From Eledone cirrhosa (Eukaryota): DNA of 64,000 bases. The translations under genes and the position numbers were made by a program. Below are positions 11,986 through 26,900 of this stretch, in pieces (position 1 is the stretch's first letter; each line of letters begins with the position of its first letter). Location of the stretch: contig OZ024747.1 in the NCBI GenBank assembly GCA_964016885.1, forward strand, positions 10,106,001-10,170,000, in the 5' to 3' direction. The notes under the pieces are model-generated. The model worked only from the letters and a program-made list of their open reading frames with translations, was not told the origin of the DNA and searched no databases.

Positions 11986-14900
11986 TGAAATAGGACCTAC
12001 ACCTTACACCATCCTGGTCTTATTACCATCTTTGTGGGGGCTACACCTTTCACCAGAGCTGATCTTACTACCATCTTTGTGGGGGCTACACCTTACACCA
12101 TCCTGGTCTTATTACCATCTTTGTGGGGGCTACACCTTTCACCAGAGCTGGTCTTACTACCATCTTTGTGGGGGCTACACCTTACACCAGACCTGGTCTT
12201 ATTACCATCTTTGTGGGACCTACACCTTACACCATCCTGGTCTTATTACCATCTTTGTGGGGACTACACCTTACAACAGACTGGTCTTATTACCATCTTT
12301 GTGCGGGGCTATACCTTACACCATCCTGGTCTTATTACCATCTTTGTGGGTCCTACACCTTACACCATCCAGGTCTTATTACCATCTTTGTGAGGACTAC
12401 ACCTTACACTAGACCTGGTCTTATTACCATCTTTGTCGGGGCTATACCTTACACCATCCTGGTCTTATTACCATCTTTGTGGGTCCTACACCTTACACCA
12501 TCCAGGTCTTATTAGCATCTTTGTGGGGGCTATACCTTACACCAGACCTGGTCTTATTACCATCTTTGTGGGTTCCACACCTTGCACCATGCTGGTCTTA
12601 TTACCATCTTTGTGGGGGCTATACGTTACACAATCATGTTCTTATTACCATCTTTGTGTGTCCTACACCTTACACCAGACCTGATCTTATTACTATCTTT
12701 GTGGGGGCTATACCTTACAGCAGACCTAGTCTTATTACCATCTTTGTGGGTCCTAGACCTTACACCATCCTAGTCTTATTACCATCTTTGTTGGCGCTTC
12801 ACCTTACACCATCCTGGTCTTATTACCATCTTTGTGGGTCCTAGACCTTACACCATCCCGGTCTTATTACCATCTTTGTGGGGGCTATACCTTACACCAT
12901 TCCGATCTTATTGCCATCTTTGTGGGGGCTATACCTTACACCAGACCTGATCTTATTACCATCTTTGTGGGTCCTATACCTTGCACCAGACCCGGTCTTA
13001 TTGCCATCTTTGTGGGGGCTATACCTTACACTAGATCTGGTCTTATTACCATATTTGTGGGGGCTATACCTTACACCGTCCGGGTCTTATTAGCATCTTT
13101 GTGGGGACTGTACCTTACACATCCTTGTCTTATTACCATCTGTGTGAGTCCTATACCTTACACCAGACCTGGTCTTATTACCATCTTTGTGGGTCCTACA
13201 CCTTACAGCATCCCGGTCTTATCATCTCTGTGGGGACTACACCTTACACCATCCTGGTCTTATTACCATCTTTGTGGGGGCTATACCTTGCACCAGACCC
13301 GGTCTTATTACCATCTTTGTGGGGACTACACCTTACACCATCCTGGTCTTATTACCATCTTTATGGGTCCCACACCTTGCACCATGCTGGTCTTATTACC
13401 ATCTTTGTGTGTCCTACACCTTACACCATCCCGCTCTTATTACCTTCTTTATGGGGGCAATAACTTACACCAGACCTGATCTTATTACCATCTTTGTCAG
13501 ATCTACACCTGACACCATCCCGGTCTTATTGCCATCTTTGTGGGAGCTATACTTTACAGCATCCTGGTCTTATTACCATCTTTGTGGGGGCTATACCTTA
13601 CAGCAGACCTGGTCTTATTACCATCTTTGTTTGGGCTATACCTTACAGCATCCTGGTCTTATTACCATCTTTGTTGGGGCTACACCTTACACCATCATGG
13701 TCTTATTACCATCTTTCTGGGACCTACACGTTACACCATCCTGGTCTTATTACCATCTTTGTTGGTCCTACATCTTACACCATCCCGGTCTTATTACCAT
13801 CTTTGTGGAGGCTATACCTTACACCAGACCTGGTCTTATTACCATCTTTGTTGGGGCTACACCTTACACCATCCTTGTCTTATTACCAACTTTGTGGGAC
13901 CTACACCTTGCACCAGACACAGTCTTATTGCCATCTCTGTGGGAGCTATACCTTACACCATCCTGGTCTTATTACCAGCTTTGTGGGGAACATACCTTAC
14001 ACATATCTTGTCTTATTACCATCTTTGTGGGACCTACACCTTACACTAGACCTGGTCTTATTACCATCTTTGTGGGGGCTATACCTTACACTAGACCTGG
14101 TCTTATGACCATCTTTGTGGGGGCTATACCTTACACCGTCCGGGTCTTATTACCATCTTTGTGGAGACTATACCTTACACCATCCTTGTCTTATTACCAT
14201 CTTTGTGGGTCCAACACCTTGCACCATGCCGGTCTTATTACCATCTTTGTGGGGGCTATACCTTACACCATCCTTGTCTTATTACCATCTTTGTGGAGAC
14301 TATACCTTACACCATCCTTGTCTTATTACCATCTTTGTGGGACCTACACCTTGCACCAGACCCGGTCTTATTACCATCTTTGTGGGGGCTATACCTTACA
14401 CCATCCAAGTCTTATTACCATCTTTGTGGGGGCTATACCTTACACCATCCTGGTCTTATTACCATCTTTGTGGGGACTATACCTTACACAATCATGTTCT
14501 TATTACCATCTTTGTGTGTCCTACACCTTACACCATCCCGCTCTTATTACCATCTTTATGGGGGCTATACCTTACACCAGACCTGATCTTATTACCATCT
14601 TTGTGGGGGCTACACCTTACACCATCCCGCTCTTATTACCATCTTTATGGCGGCTACACCTTACAACAGACCTGATCTTATTACCATCTTTGTGGGGGCT
14701 ACACCTTACACCAAACCTGATCTTATTACCATCCTTGTGGGGGCTACACCTTACACCAGACCTGATCTTATTACCATCTTTGTGGGTCCTACACCTTACA
14801 CCATCCTTGTCGTATTACCATCTTTGTAGGACCTACACCTTGCACCAGACTTGGTCTTATTGCCATCTCTGTGGGAGGTATACCTTACACCATCCTGGTC

Positions 14901-17900
14901 TTATTACCATCTTTGTGGGGACTATACCTTACACCATCCTGGTCTTATTACCATCTTTGTGGGGACTATACCTTACACCATCCTGGTCTTATTACCATCT
15001 TTGTGGGGACTATACCTTACACCATCAAGTTCTTATTGCCATCTTTGTGGGTCCTACACCTTACACCATCCTGGTCTTATTACCATCTTTGTGGGACCTA
15101 CACCTTACACCCTCCCGGTCTTAATATCATCTTTGTTGGGACTATACCTTACACCATCCTGGTCTTATTACCATCTCTGTGGGGACTACACCTTACACCA
15201 TCCTGGTCTCATTACCAACTTTGTGGGACCTACACCTTACACCATCCTTGTCTTATTACCATCTTTGTGGGGGCTCTACTTTACACCAGACCTTGTTTTA
15301 TTACCATCTTTGTGGGGACTATACCTTAGACCATCCTTGTCTTATTACCATCTTTGTGGGACCTACACCTTACAACAGACCTGGTCTTATTACCATCTTT
15401 GTGCATCCTACACCTTACACCATCCCGGTCTTATTACCATCTTTGCGCGTCCTACACCTTACACCATCCCGGTCTTATTAACATCTTTGTGAGTCCTACA
15501 CCTTACACCAGACCTGGTCTTATTACCATCTTTGTGGGTCCTACACCTTGCACCAGACCTTGTCTTATTACTATCTTTGTGGGGGCTATACCTTACACAT
15601 TCCTTGTCTTATTACCATCTTTCTGGGACCTACACCTTACACCATCCTGGTCTTAATACCATCTTTGTTAGGGCTACACCTTACTAAATCCATGTCTTAT
15701 TACCATCTTTGTGGGACCTACACCGTACACCAGACCTGGTCTTATTACCATCTTTGTGGGGACTATATTTTACACCATCCCGGTCTTATTACCATCTTTG
15801 TGGGAGCTACCACCTTACACCAGACCTGGTCTTATTACCATCTTTGTGGGGGCTATACCTTACACAATCCTGGTCTTATTACCATCTTTGTGGGTCCTAC
15901 AACTTACACCATCCTGGTTGTATTACCATCTTTGTGGGGGTTATACCTTACGGCAGACCTGGTCTTATTACCATCTTTGTGGGAGCTATACCTTACACTA
16001 GACCTGGTCTTATTACCGTCTTTGTTGGGGCTACACCTTACACCATCCTGGTCTTATTACCATCTTCGTGGGATCTACACCTTACACCATCCTGGTCTTA
16101 TTGCCATCTTTGTGGGGACTATACCTTACACATTCCTTGTCTTATTACCATCTTTGTGGGACTACACCTTGCACCACACCTAGTGTTATTACCATCATTG
16201 TGGGGACTATATCTTACACCATCCGGGTCTTATTACCATCTTTGTGGGGACTATACCTTACACCATCCTGGTCTTATTACCATCTTTGTGAGTCCTACAC
16301 CTTACACAAGACCTGGTCTTATTACCATCTTTGTGGGGACTGTAACTTAGACCATCCTTGTCTTATTACCATCTTTGTGAATCCTACACCTTACAACAGA
16401 CCTCGTCTTATTACCATCTTTATGAGTTTTACACCTTACACAAGACCTGGTCTTATTACCATCTTTGTGGGTCCTACACCTTACACCATCCTGGACTTAT
16501 TACCATCGTTGTGGGGCCTACACGTTACACCATTCTGGTCTTATTAACATCTTTGTGGGGGCTACACCTTGCACTAGACCTGGTCTTATTACCATCTTTG
16601 TGGGGTCTATACCTTTCACCATCTTTGTCTTATTACCATCTTTGTGGGACCTACACCATACACCGGACCTGGTTTTATTACCATCTTTGTGGGACCTACA
16701 CCTTACACTCTCCCGGTCTTATTATCATCTTTGTCGGGACTATACCTTACACCATCCTGGTTTTATTACCATCTCTGTGGGGACTACACCTTACACCATC
16801 CCGGTTTCATTACCAACTTTGTGGGACCTACACCTTACACCATCCTGGTCCTATTACCATCTTTGTTGGGGCTACACGTTACACCATCCTTGTCTTATTA
16901 CCATCTTTGTGGGGGCTCTACTTTACACCAGACCTTGTTTTATTACCATCTTTGTGGGGACTTTACCTTAGGCAATCCTTGTCTTATTACCATCTTTGTG
17001 GGACCTACACCTTACAACAGACCTGGTCTTATTACCATCTTTGTGCGTAGTACCCCTTACACTATCCCGGTCTTATTACCATCTTTGTGGGGGCTATACC
17101 TTACACCATCCTTGTCTTATTACCATCTTTCTGCGACCTACACCTTACACCAAACCTGATCCTATTACCATCATTATTAGGGCTACACCTTACTAAGTCC
17201 TTGTCTTATTACCATCTTTGTGGGTCCTACACCTTACACCATCCCGGTCTTATTACCATCTTTGTGGGGGCTATACCTTACACAATCATGTTCTTATTAC
17301 CATCTTTGTGGGGGCTATACCTTACACCATCCTTGTCTTATTACCATCTTTGTAGGAACTACACCTTACACCAGACCTGGTCTTATTACCATCTTTGTGG
17401 GGGCTATACCTTACACAATCCTGGTCTTATTACCATCTTGTGGGTCCTACAACTTACACCATCCTGGTTGTATTACCATCTTTGTGGGGGTTATACCTTA
17501 CAGCAGACCTGGTCTTATTACCATCTTTGTGGGGGCTACACCTTACACCATTCCGGTCTTATTGCCATCTTTGTGGGGGCTATACCTTACACTAGACCTG
17601 GTCTTATTACCATCTTTGCTGGGGCTACACCTTACACCATCCTGGTCTTATTACCATCTTTGTGGGATTTACACCTTACACCATCCTGGTCTTATTGCCA
17701 TCTTTGTGGGGACTATACCTTACACATTCCTTGTCTTATTACCATCTTTGTCGGGACTATACCTTACACCATCCTTGTCTTATTACCATCTTTGTGGGGA
17801 CTATACCTTACACCATCCTTGTCTTATTGCCATCTTTGTGGGACCTACACGTTACACCATTCTGGTCTTATTACCATCTTTGTGGGGGCTATACCTTACA

Positions 17901-20900
17901 CCATCCTTGTCTTATTACCATCTTTGTGGGGACTATACCTTACACCATCCTTGTCTTATTGCCATCTTTGTGGGACCTACACCTTACACCATCCTTGTCT
18001 TATTGCCATCTTTGTGGGACCTACACGTTACACCATTCTGGTCTTATTACCATCTTTGTGGGGGCTATACCTTACACCATCCTTGTCTTATTACCATCTG
18101 TGTGAGTCCTATACCTTACACCTGACCTGGTCTTATTACCATCTTTGTGGGGGCTATACCTTACACCATCTTTGTGGGGACTATACCTTACACATTCCTT
18201 GACTTATTACCATCTTTGTGGGGACTACACCTTACACCATCCGGGTCTTATTACCATCTTTATGGGGCTATACCTTACACCATCCTGGTCTTATTACCAT
18301 CTTTGTGAGTCCTACACCTTACACCATCCCGCTCTTATTACCGTCTTTGTGGGGGCTATACCTTACAGCAGACCTGGTCTTATTACCATCTTTGTTGGGG
18401 CTACACGTTACACCATCCCGGTCTTATTACCATCTTTCTGGGACCTACACGTTTCACCATCCTGGTCTTATTACCATCTTTGTTGGGGCTATACCTTACA
18501 CCATCCTTGTCTTATTACCAACTTTGTGGGACCTACAACTTTCACCAGACCTGGTCTTATTGCTATCTCTGTGGGAGCTATACCTTACACTATCCTGGTC
18601 TTATTACCATCTTTGTGGGGAACATACCTTACACATATCTTGTCTTATTACCATCTTTGTCGGACCTACACCTTACACCAGACCTGGTCTTATTACCATC
18701 TTTGTGGAGACTATATCTTACACTATCCCGGTCTTATTACCATCTTTGTGGGACCTTCACCTTACACCAGACCTGGTCTTATTTCCATCTTTGTGTGGGC
18801 TATACCTTACACAATCCTTGTCTTATTACCATCTTTGTGGGTCCTACAACTTACACCATCGTGGTTGTATTACCGTCTTTGTGGGGGTTATACCTTACAG
18901 CAGACCTGGTCTTATTACCATCTTTGTTGGGGCTACACCTTACACCATTCCTGTGTTATTGCCATCTTTGTGGGGGCTATACCTTACACTAGACCTGGTC
19001 TTATTACCATCTTTGTGTGGGCTATACCTTACACCGTCCGGGTCTTATTACCATCTTTCTGGGACCTACACCTTACACCATCTCGGTCTTACCATCTTTG
19101 TGGGGCTACACCTTACACCAGACCTGGTCTTATTACCATCTTTGTGGGGACTATATCTTGCACCATCTTTGTGGCGGCTACACCTTGCACTAAACCTGGT
19201 CTTATTACCATCTTTGTGGGGACTATACCTTACACCATCCTTGTCTTATTACCATCTTTGTCGGGACTATACCTTACACCATCCTTGTATTATTGCCATC
19301 TTTGTGGGACCTACACCTTACACCATCCTGGTCTTATTACCATCTTTGTGGAGGCTATACCTTACACCATCCTTGTCTTATTACGCTCTATCTTACATCA
19401 TCCTTGTCTTATTACCATCTTTGTGCGTCCTACACCTTGCACCAGACCTGGTCTTATTATCATCATTGTGAGTCCTACACCTTGCACCAGACCTGGTCTT
19501 ATTACCATCTTTGTGGGACCTACACCTTGTAGCAGACCCGGTCTTATTACCATCTTTGTCGGGACTATACCTTACACCATCCTGGTCTTATTACCATCTT
19601 TGTGGGACCTACACCTTACACCCTCCCGGTGTTATTACCATCTTTGTCGGGACTATACCTTACACCATCCTGGTCTTATTATCATCTCTGTGGGGACTAC
19701 ACCTTACACCATCCCGGTCTCATTACCAACTTTGTGGGACTTACACCTTAGACTATCCTTGTCTTATTATCATCTTTGTGCGTCCTACACCTTACACCAT
19801 CCCGGTTTTATTACCATCTTTGTGGGGGCTATACCTTACACCAGACGTGATATTATTACCATCTTTGTGGGGGCTACACCTTACACCATCCTTGTCTTAT
19901 TGCCATCTTTGTGGGACCTACCCCTTGCACCAGACCCGGTCTTATTGCCATCTCTGTGGGAGCTATACCTTACAGCATCCCGGTCTTATTACCATCTTTG
20001 TTGGGGCTACACCTTACACTATCCCGGTCTTATTACCATTTGTCTGGGACCTAAATCTTACACCATCCTGGTCTTATTTCCAGCTTAGTGGGGACTATAT
20101 CTTACACCATCCCGGTCTTATTACCATCTTTGTGTGTCCTACACCTTACAACATCCCAGTCTTATTATAAACTTTGTCGGGACTATACCTTACACCATCC
20201 AGGTCTTATTACCATCTTTATGGGGACTACACCTTAAACCATCCCGGTCTTATTACCATCTTTGTGGGACCTACACCTTACACCATCCTGGTCTTATTAC
20301 CATCTTTGTTGGGTCTACAACTTACACCATCCTTGTCTTATTACCATCTTTGTGGGGACTATACCTTACACATTCCTTGTCTTATACCATCTTTCTGAGA
20401 CCTGCACCTTACACTATCCTGCTCTTATTACCATCTTTGTTAGGGCTACACCTTACTAAATCCTTGTCTTATTACCATCTTTGTGGGACCTACACCTTAC
20501 ACCAGACCTGCTCTTATTACCATCTTTGTGGGTCCCACACCTTGCTCCATGCTGATCTTATTACCATCTTTGTGGGGACTATACCTTACACAATCATGTT
20601 CTTATTACCATTTTTGTGTGTCCTACACCTTACACCAGCCCGCTTTTATTACCATCTTTATGGGGGCTATACTTTACACCAGACCTTATCTTATTACCAT
20701 CTTTGTCGGGGCTACACCTTACACCATCTTTGTGGGGGCTATACCTTACAGCAGACCTGGTCTTATTACCATCTTTGTTGGGGCTACACCTTACACCATC
20801 CTTGTCTTATTGCCATCTTTCTGGGACCTACACTTTATATCATCTTTGTGGGACTACACCTTGCACCAGACCTGGTCTTATTACCATCTTTGTCGGGACT

Positions 20901-23900
20901 ATACCTTACACCATCCTTGTCTTATTGCCATCTTTGTGGGACCTACACGTTACACCATTCTTGTCTTAATAGCATCTTTGTGGGACCTAGACCCTACACC
21001 ATTCTGGTCTTATTACCATCTTTGTGGGTCCTACAACCAGACCTAGTCTTATTACCATCTTTCTGGGGTCTATATCTATTACCATCTTTGTGGGACCTAC
21101 ACCTTGTCCCAGGCCCGGTCTTATTACCATCTTTGTCAAGACTATACCTTACTCCATCCTGGTTTTATTACCATCTTTGTGGGGGCTATACCTTACACCA
21201 TCCTTGTCTTATCATCTTTGTGGGGACTATACCTTACACATTCCTTGTCTTATACCATCTTTCTGAGACCTGAACCTTGCACCATCCTGCTCTTATTACC
21301 ATCTTTGTTAGGGCTACACCTTACTAAATCCTTATCTTATTACCATCTTTGTGGGACCTACACCTTGCACCAGACCCGGTCTTATTGCCATCTCTGTGGG
21401 AGCTATACCTTACAGCATCCCGGTCTTATTACCATCTTTGTTGGGGCTACACCTTACACCATCCCGGTCTTATTACCATCTTTCTGGGACCTAAATCTTA
21501 CACCATCCTGGTCTTATTACCCTCTTTCTGGGGACTATATCTTACACCATCCCGGTATTATTACCATTTTTGAGTGTCCTACACCTTACAACATCCCGGT
21601 CTTATTATAAACTTTGTCGGGACTATACCTTACACCATCCAGGTCTTATTACCATCTTTATGGGGACTACACCTTAAACCATCCCGGTCTTATTACCATC
21701 TTTGTGGGACCTACACCTTACACCATCTTGGTCTTATTAACATCTTTGTTGAGGCTACAACTTACACCATCCTTTTCTTATTGCCATCTTTCTGGGACCT
21801 ACACTTTACACCATCCCGGTCTTATTACCATCTTTGTGGGGGCTACACCTAACGCCATCTTTGTGGGGACCATACCTTACACATTCCTAGTCTTATACCA
21901 TCTTTCTGAGACCTGCACCTTACACTATCCTGCTCGTATTACCATCTTTGTTAGGGCTACACCTTACTAAATCCTTGTCTTATTACCATCTTTGTGGGAC
22001 CTACACCTTGCACCAGACCCGGTCTTATTACCATCTTTGTAGGTCCCACACCTTGCTCCATGCTGATCTTATTACCATCTTTGTGGGGACTATACCTTAC
22101 ACAATCATGTTCTTATTACCATTTTTGTGTGTCCTACACCTTACACCATCCCGCTTTTATTACCATCTTTATGGGGGCTATACTTTACACCAGACCTTAT
22201 CTTATTACCATCTTTGTCGGGGCTACACCTTACACCATCCTTGTCTTATTACCATCTTTGTGGGGGCTATACCTTACAGCAGACCTGGTCTTATTACCAT
22301 CTTTGTTGGGGCTACACCTTACACCATCCTTGTCTTATTGCCATCTTTCTGGGACCTACACTTTATATCATCTTTGTGGGACTACACCTTGCACCAGACC
22401 TGGTCTTATTACCATCTTTGTCGGGACTATACCTTACACCATCCTGGTCTTATTACCATCTTTGTGGGGACTATACCTTACACCATCCTGGTCTTATTAC
22501 CATCTTTGTCGGGACTATACCTTACACCATCCTTGTCTTATTGCCATCTTTGTGGGACCTACACGTTACACCATTCTTGTCTTAATAGCATCTTTGTGGG
22601 ACCTAGACCCTACACCATCCCGGTCTTATTACCATCTTTGTGGGTCCTACACCAGACCTAGTCTTATTACCATCTTTCTGGGGTCTATATCTTACACCAT
22701 CTTTGTGGGACCTACACCTTGTCCCAGACCCGGTTTTATTACCATCTTTGTCAAGACTATACCTTACTCCATCCTGGTTTTATTACCATCTTTGTGGGGA
22801 CTATACCTTTCACCATCCTTGTCTTATTACCATCTTTGTGGGGACTACACCTTACACCATCCTTGTCTTATTACCATCTTTGTGGGGGCTCTACTTTACA
22901 CCAGACCTTCTTTTATTATCATCTTTGTGGGACCTACACCTTAAAACAGACCTGGTCTTATTACCATCTTTGTGGGTCCCACACCTTGCACCATGCCGGT
23001 CTCATTACCATCTTTATGGGGGCTATACCTTACACAATCATGTTCTTATTACCATCTTTGTGGGGGCTATACCTTACACCATCCTTGTCTTATCATCTTT
23101 GTGGGGACTATACCTTACACATTCCTTGTCTTATACCATCTTTCTGAGACCTGAACCTTGCACCATCCTGCTATAATTACCATCTTTGTTAGGGCTACAC
23201 CTTACTAAATCCTTATCTTATTACCATCCTTGTGGGGGCTATACATTACACAAGACCTGCTCTTATTGCCATCTTTGTGGGATGTACACCTTGCACCAGA
23301 CCCGGTCTTATTGCCATCTCTGTGGGAGCTATACCTTACAGCATCCCGGTCTTATTACCATCTTTGTTGGGGCTACACCTTACACCATCCCGGTCTTATT
23401 ACCATCTTTCTGGGACCTAAATCTTGCACCATCCTGGTCTTATTACCCTCTTTCTGGGGACTATACCTTACACCATCCCGGTCTTATTACCATTTTTGAG
23501 TGTCCTACACCTTACAACATCCCGGTCTTATTATAAACTTTGTCGGGACTATACCTTACACCATCCAGGTCTTATTATCATCTCTGTGGGGACTACACCT
23601 TACACCATCCCGGTCTCATTACCAACTTTGTGGGACTTACACCTTAGACTATCCTTGTCTTATTATCATCTTTGTGCGTCCTACACCTTACACCATCCCG
23701 GTTTTATTACCATCTTTGTGGGGGCTATACCTTACACCAGACGTGATATTATTACCATCTTTGTGGGGGCTACACCTTACACCATCCTTGTCTTATTGCC
23801 ATCTTTGTGGGACCTACCCCTTGCACCAGACCCGGTCTTATTGCCATCTCTGTGGGAGCTATACCTTACAGCATCCCGGTCTTATTACCATCTTTGTTGG

Positions 23901-26900
23901 GGCTACACCTTACACTATCCCGGTCTTATTACCATTTGTCTGGGACCTAAATCTTACACCATCCTGGTCTTATTTCCAGCTTTGTGGGGACTATATCTTA
24001 CACCATCCCGGTCTTATTACCATCTTTGTGTGTCCTACACCTTACAACATCCCAGTCTTATTATAAACTTTGTCGGGACTATACCTTACACCATCCAGGT
24101 CTTATTACCATCTTTATGGGGACTACACCTTAAACCATCCCGGTCTTATTACCATCTTTGTGGGACCTACACCTTACACCATCCTGGTCTTATTACCATC
24201 TTTGTTGGGTCTACAACTTACACCATCCTTGTCTTATTACCATCTTTGTGGGGACTATACCTTACACATTCCTTGTCTTATACCATCTTTCTGAGACCTG
24301 CACCTTACACTATCCTGCTCTTATTACCATCTTTGTTAGGGCTACACCTTACTAAATCCTTGTCTTATTACCATCTTTGTGGGACCTACACCTTACACCA
24401 GACCTGCTCTTATTACCATCTTTGTGGGTCCCACACCTTGCTCCATGCTGATCTTATTACCATCTTTGTGGGGACTATACCTTACACAATCATGTTCTTA
24501 TTACCATTTTTGTGTGTCCTACACCTTACACCAGCCCGCTTTTATTACCATCTTTATGGGGGCTATACTTTACACCAGACCTTATCTTATTACCATCTTT
24601 GTCGGGGCTACACCTTACACCATCCTTGTCTTATTACCATCTTTGTGGGGGCTATACCTTACAGCAGACCTGGTCTTATTACCATCTTTGTTGGGGCTAC
24701 ACCTTACACCATCCTTGTCTTATTGCCATCTTTCTGGGACCTACACTTTATATCATCTTTGTGGGACTACACCTTGCACCAGACCTGGTCTTATTACCAT
24801 CTTTGTGGGGACTATACCTTACTCCATCCTGGTTTTATTACCATCTTTGTGGGGACTATACCTTTCACCATCCTTGTCTTATTGCCATCTTTCTGGGACC
24901 TACACGTTACACCATTCTTGTCTTAATAGCATCTTTGTGGGACCTAGACCCTACACCATTCTGGTCTTATTACCATCTTTGTGGGTCCTACAACCAGACC
25001 TAGTCTTATTACCATCTTTCTGGGGTCTATATCTTACACCATCTTTGTGGGACCTACACCTTGTCCCAGACCCGGTCTTATTACCATCTTTGTCAAGACT
25101 ATACCTTACTCCATCCTGGTTTTATTACCATCTTTGTGGGGGCTATACCTTACACCATCCTTGTCTTATCATCTTTGTGGGGACTATACCTTACACATTC
25201 CTTGTCTTATACCATCTTTCTGAGACCTGAACCTTGCACCATCCTGCTCTTATTACCATCTTTGTTAGGGCTACACCTTACTAAATCCTTATCTTATTAC
25301 CATCTTTGTGGGGGCTATACATTACACAAGACCTGCTCTTATTGCCATCTTTGTGGGATGTACACCTTGCACCAGACCCGGTCTTATTGCCATCTCTGTG
25401 GGAGCTATACCTTACAGCATCCCGGTCTTATTACCATCTTTGTTGGGGCTACACCTTACACTATCCCGGTCTTATTACCATCTTTCTGGGACCTAAATCT
25501 TACACCATCCTGGTCTTATTACCCTCTTTCTGGGGACTATATCTTACACCATCCCGGTCTTATTACCATTTTTGAGTGTCCTACACCTTACAACATCCCG
25601 GTCTTATTATAAACTTTGTCGGGACTATACCTTACACCATCCAGGTCTTATTACCATCTTTATGGGGACTACACCTTAAACCATCCCGGTCTTATTACCA
25701 TCTTTGTGGGACCTACACCTTACACCATCTTGGTCTTATTAACATCTTTGTTGAGGCTACAACTTACACCATCCTTTTCTTATTGCCATCTTTCTGGGAC
25801 CTACACTTTACACCATCCCGGTCTTATTACCATCTTTGTGGGGGCTACACCTAACGCCATCTTTGTGGGGACCATACCTTACACATTCCTAGTCTTATAC
25901 CATCTTTCTGAGACCTGCACCTTACACTATCCTGCTCTTATTACCATCTTTGTTAGGGCTACACCTTACTAAATCCTTGTCTTATTACCATCTTTGTGGG
26001 ACCTACACCTTGCACCAGACCCGGTCTTATTACCATCTTTGTGGGTCCCACACCTTGCTCCATGCTGATCTTATTACCATCTTTGTGGGGACTATACCTT
26101 ACACAATCATGTTCTTATTACCATTTTTGTGTGTCCTACACCTTACACCATCCCGCTTTTATTACCATCTTTATGGGGGCTATACTTTACACCAGACCTT
26201 ATCTTATTACCATCTTTGTCGGGGCTACACCTTACACCATCCTTGTCTTATTACCATCTTTGTGGGGGCTATACCTTACAGCAGACCTGGTCTTATTACC
26301 ATCTTTGTTGGGGCTACACCTTACACCATCCTTGTCTTATTGCCATCTTTCTGGGACCTACACTTTATATCATCTTTGTGGGACTACACCTTGCACCAGA
26401 CCTGGTCTTATTACCATCTTTGTCGGGACTATACCTTACACCATCCTGGTCTTATTACCATCTTTGTGGGGACTATACCTTACACCATCCTGGTCTTATT
26501 ACCATCTTTGTCGGGACTATACCTTACACCATCCTTGTCTTATTGCCATCTTTGTGGGACCTACACGTTACACCATTCTTGTCTTAATAGCATCTTTGTG
26601 GGACCTAGACCCTACACCATCCCGGTCTTATTACCATCTTTGTGGGTCCTACACCAGACCTAGTCTTATTACCATCTTTCTGGGGTCTATATCTTACACC
26701 ATCTTTGTGGGACCTACACCTTGTCCCAGACCCGGTTTTATTACCATCTTTGTCAAGACTATACCTTACTCCATCCTGGTTTTATTACCATCTTTGTGGG
26801 GACTATACCTTTCACCATCCTTGTCTTATTACCATCTTTGTGGGGACTACACCTTACACCATCCTTGTCTTATTACCATCTTTGTGGGGGCTCTACTTTA

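Noticed and set aside
11957-11995. CTGATGA...GAAA hammerhead-like motif just before the satellite
   Set aside because: Stem II is not adjacent to GAAA and no stem I/III pairing was found.
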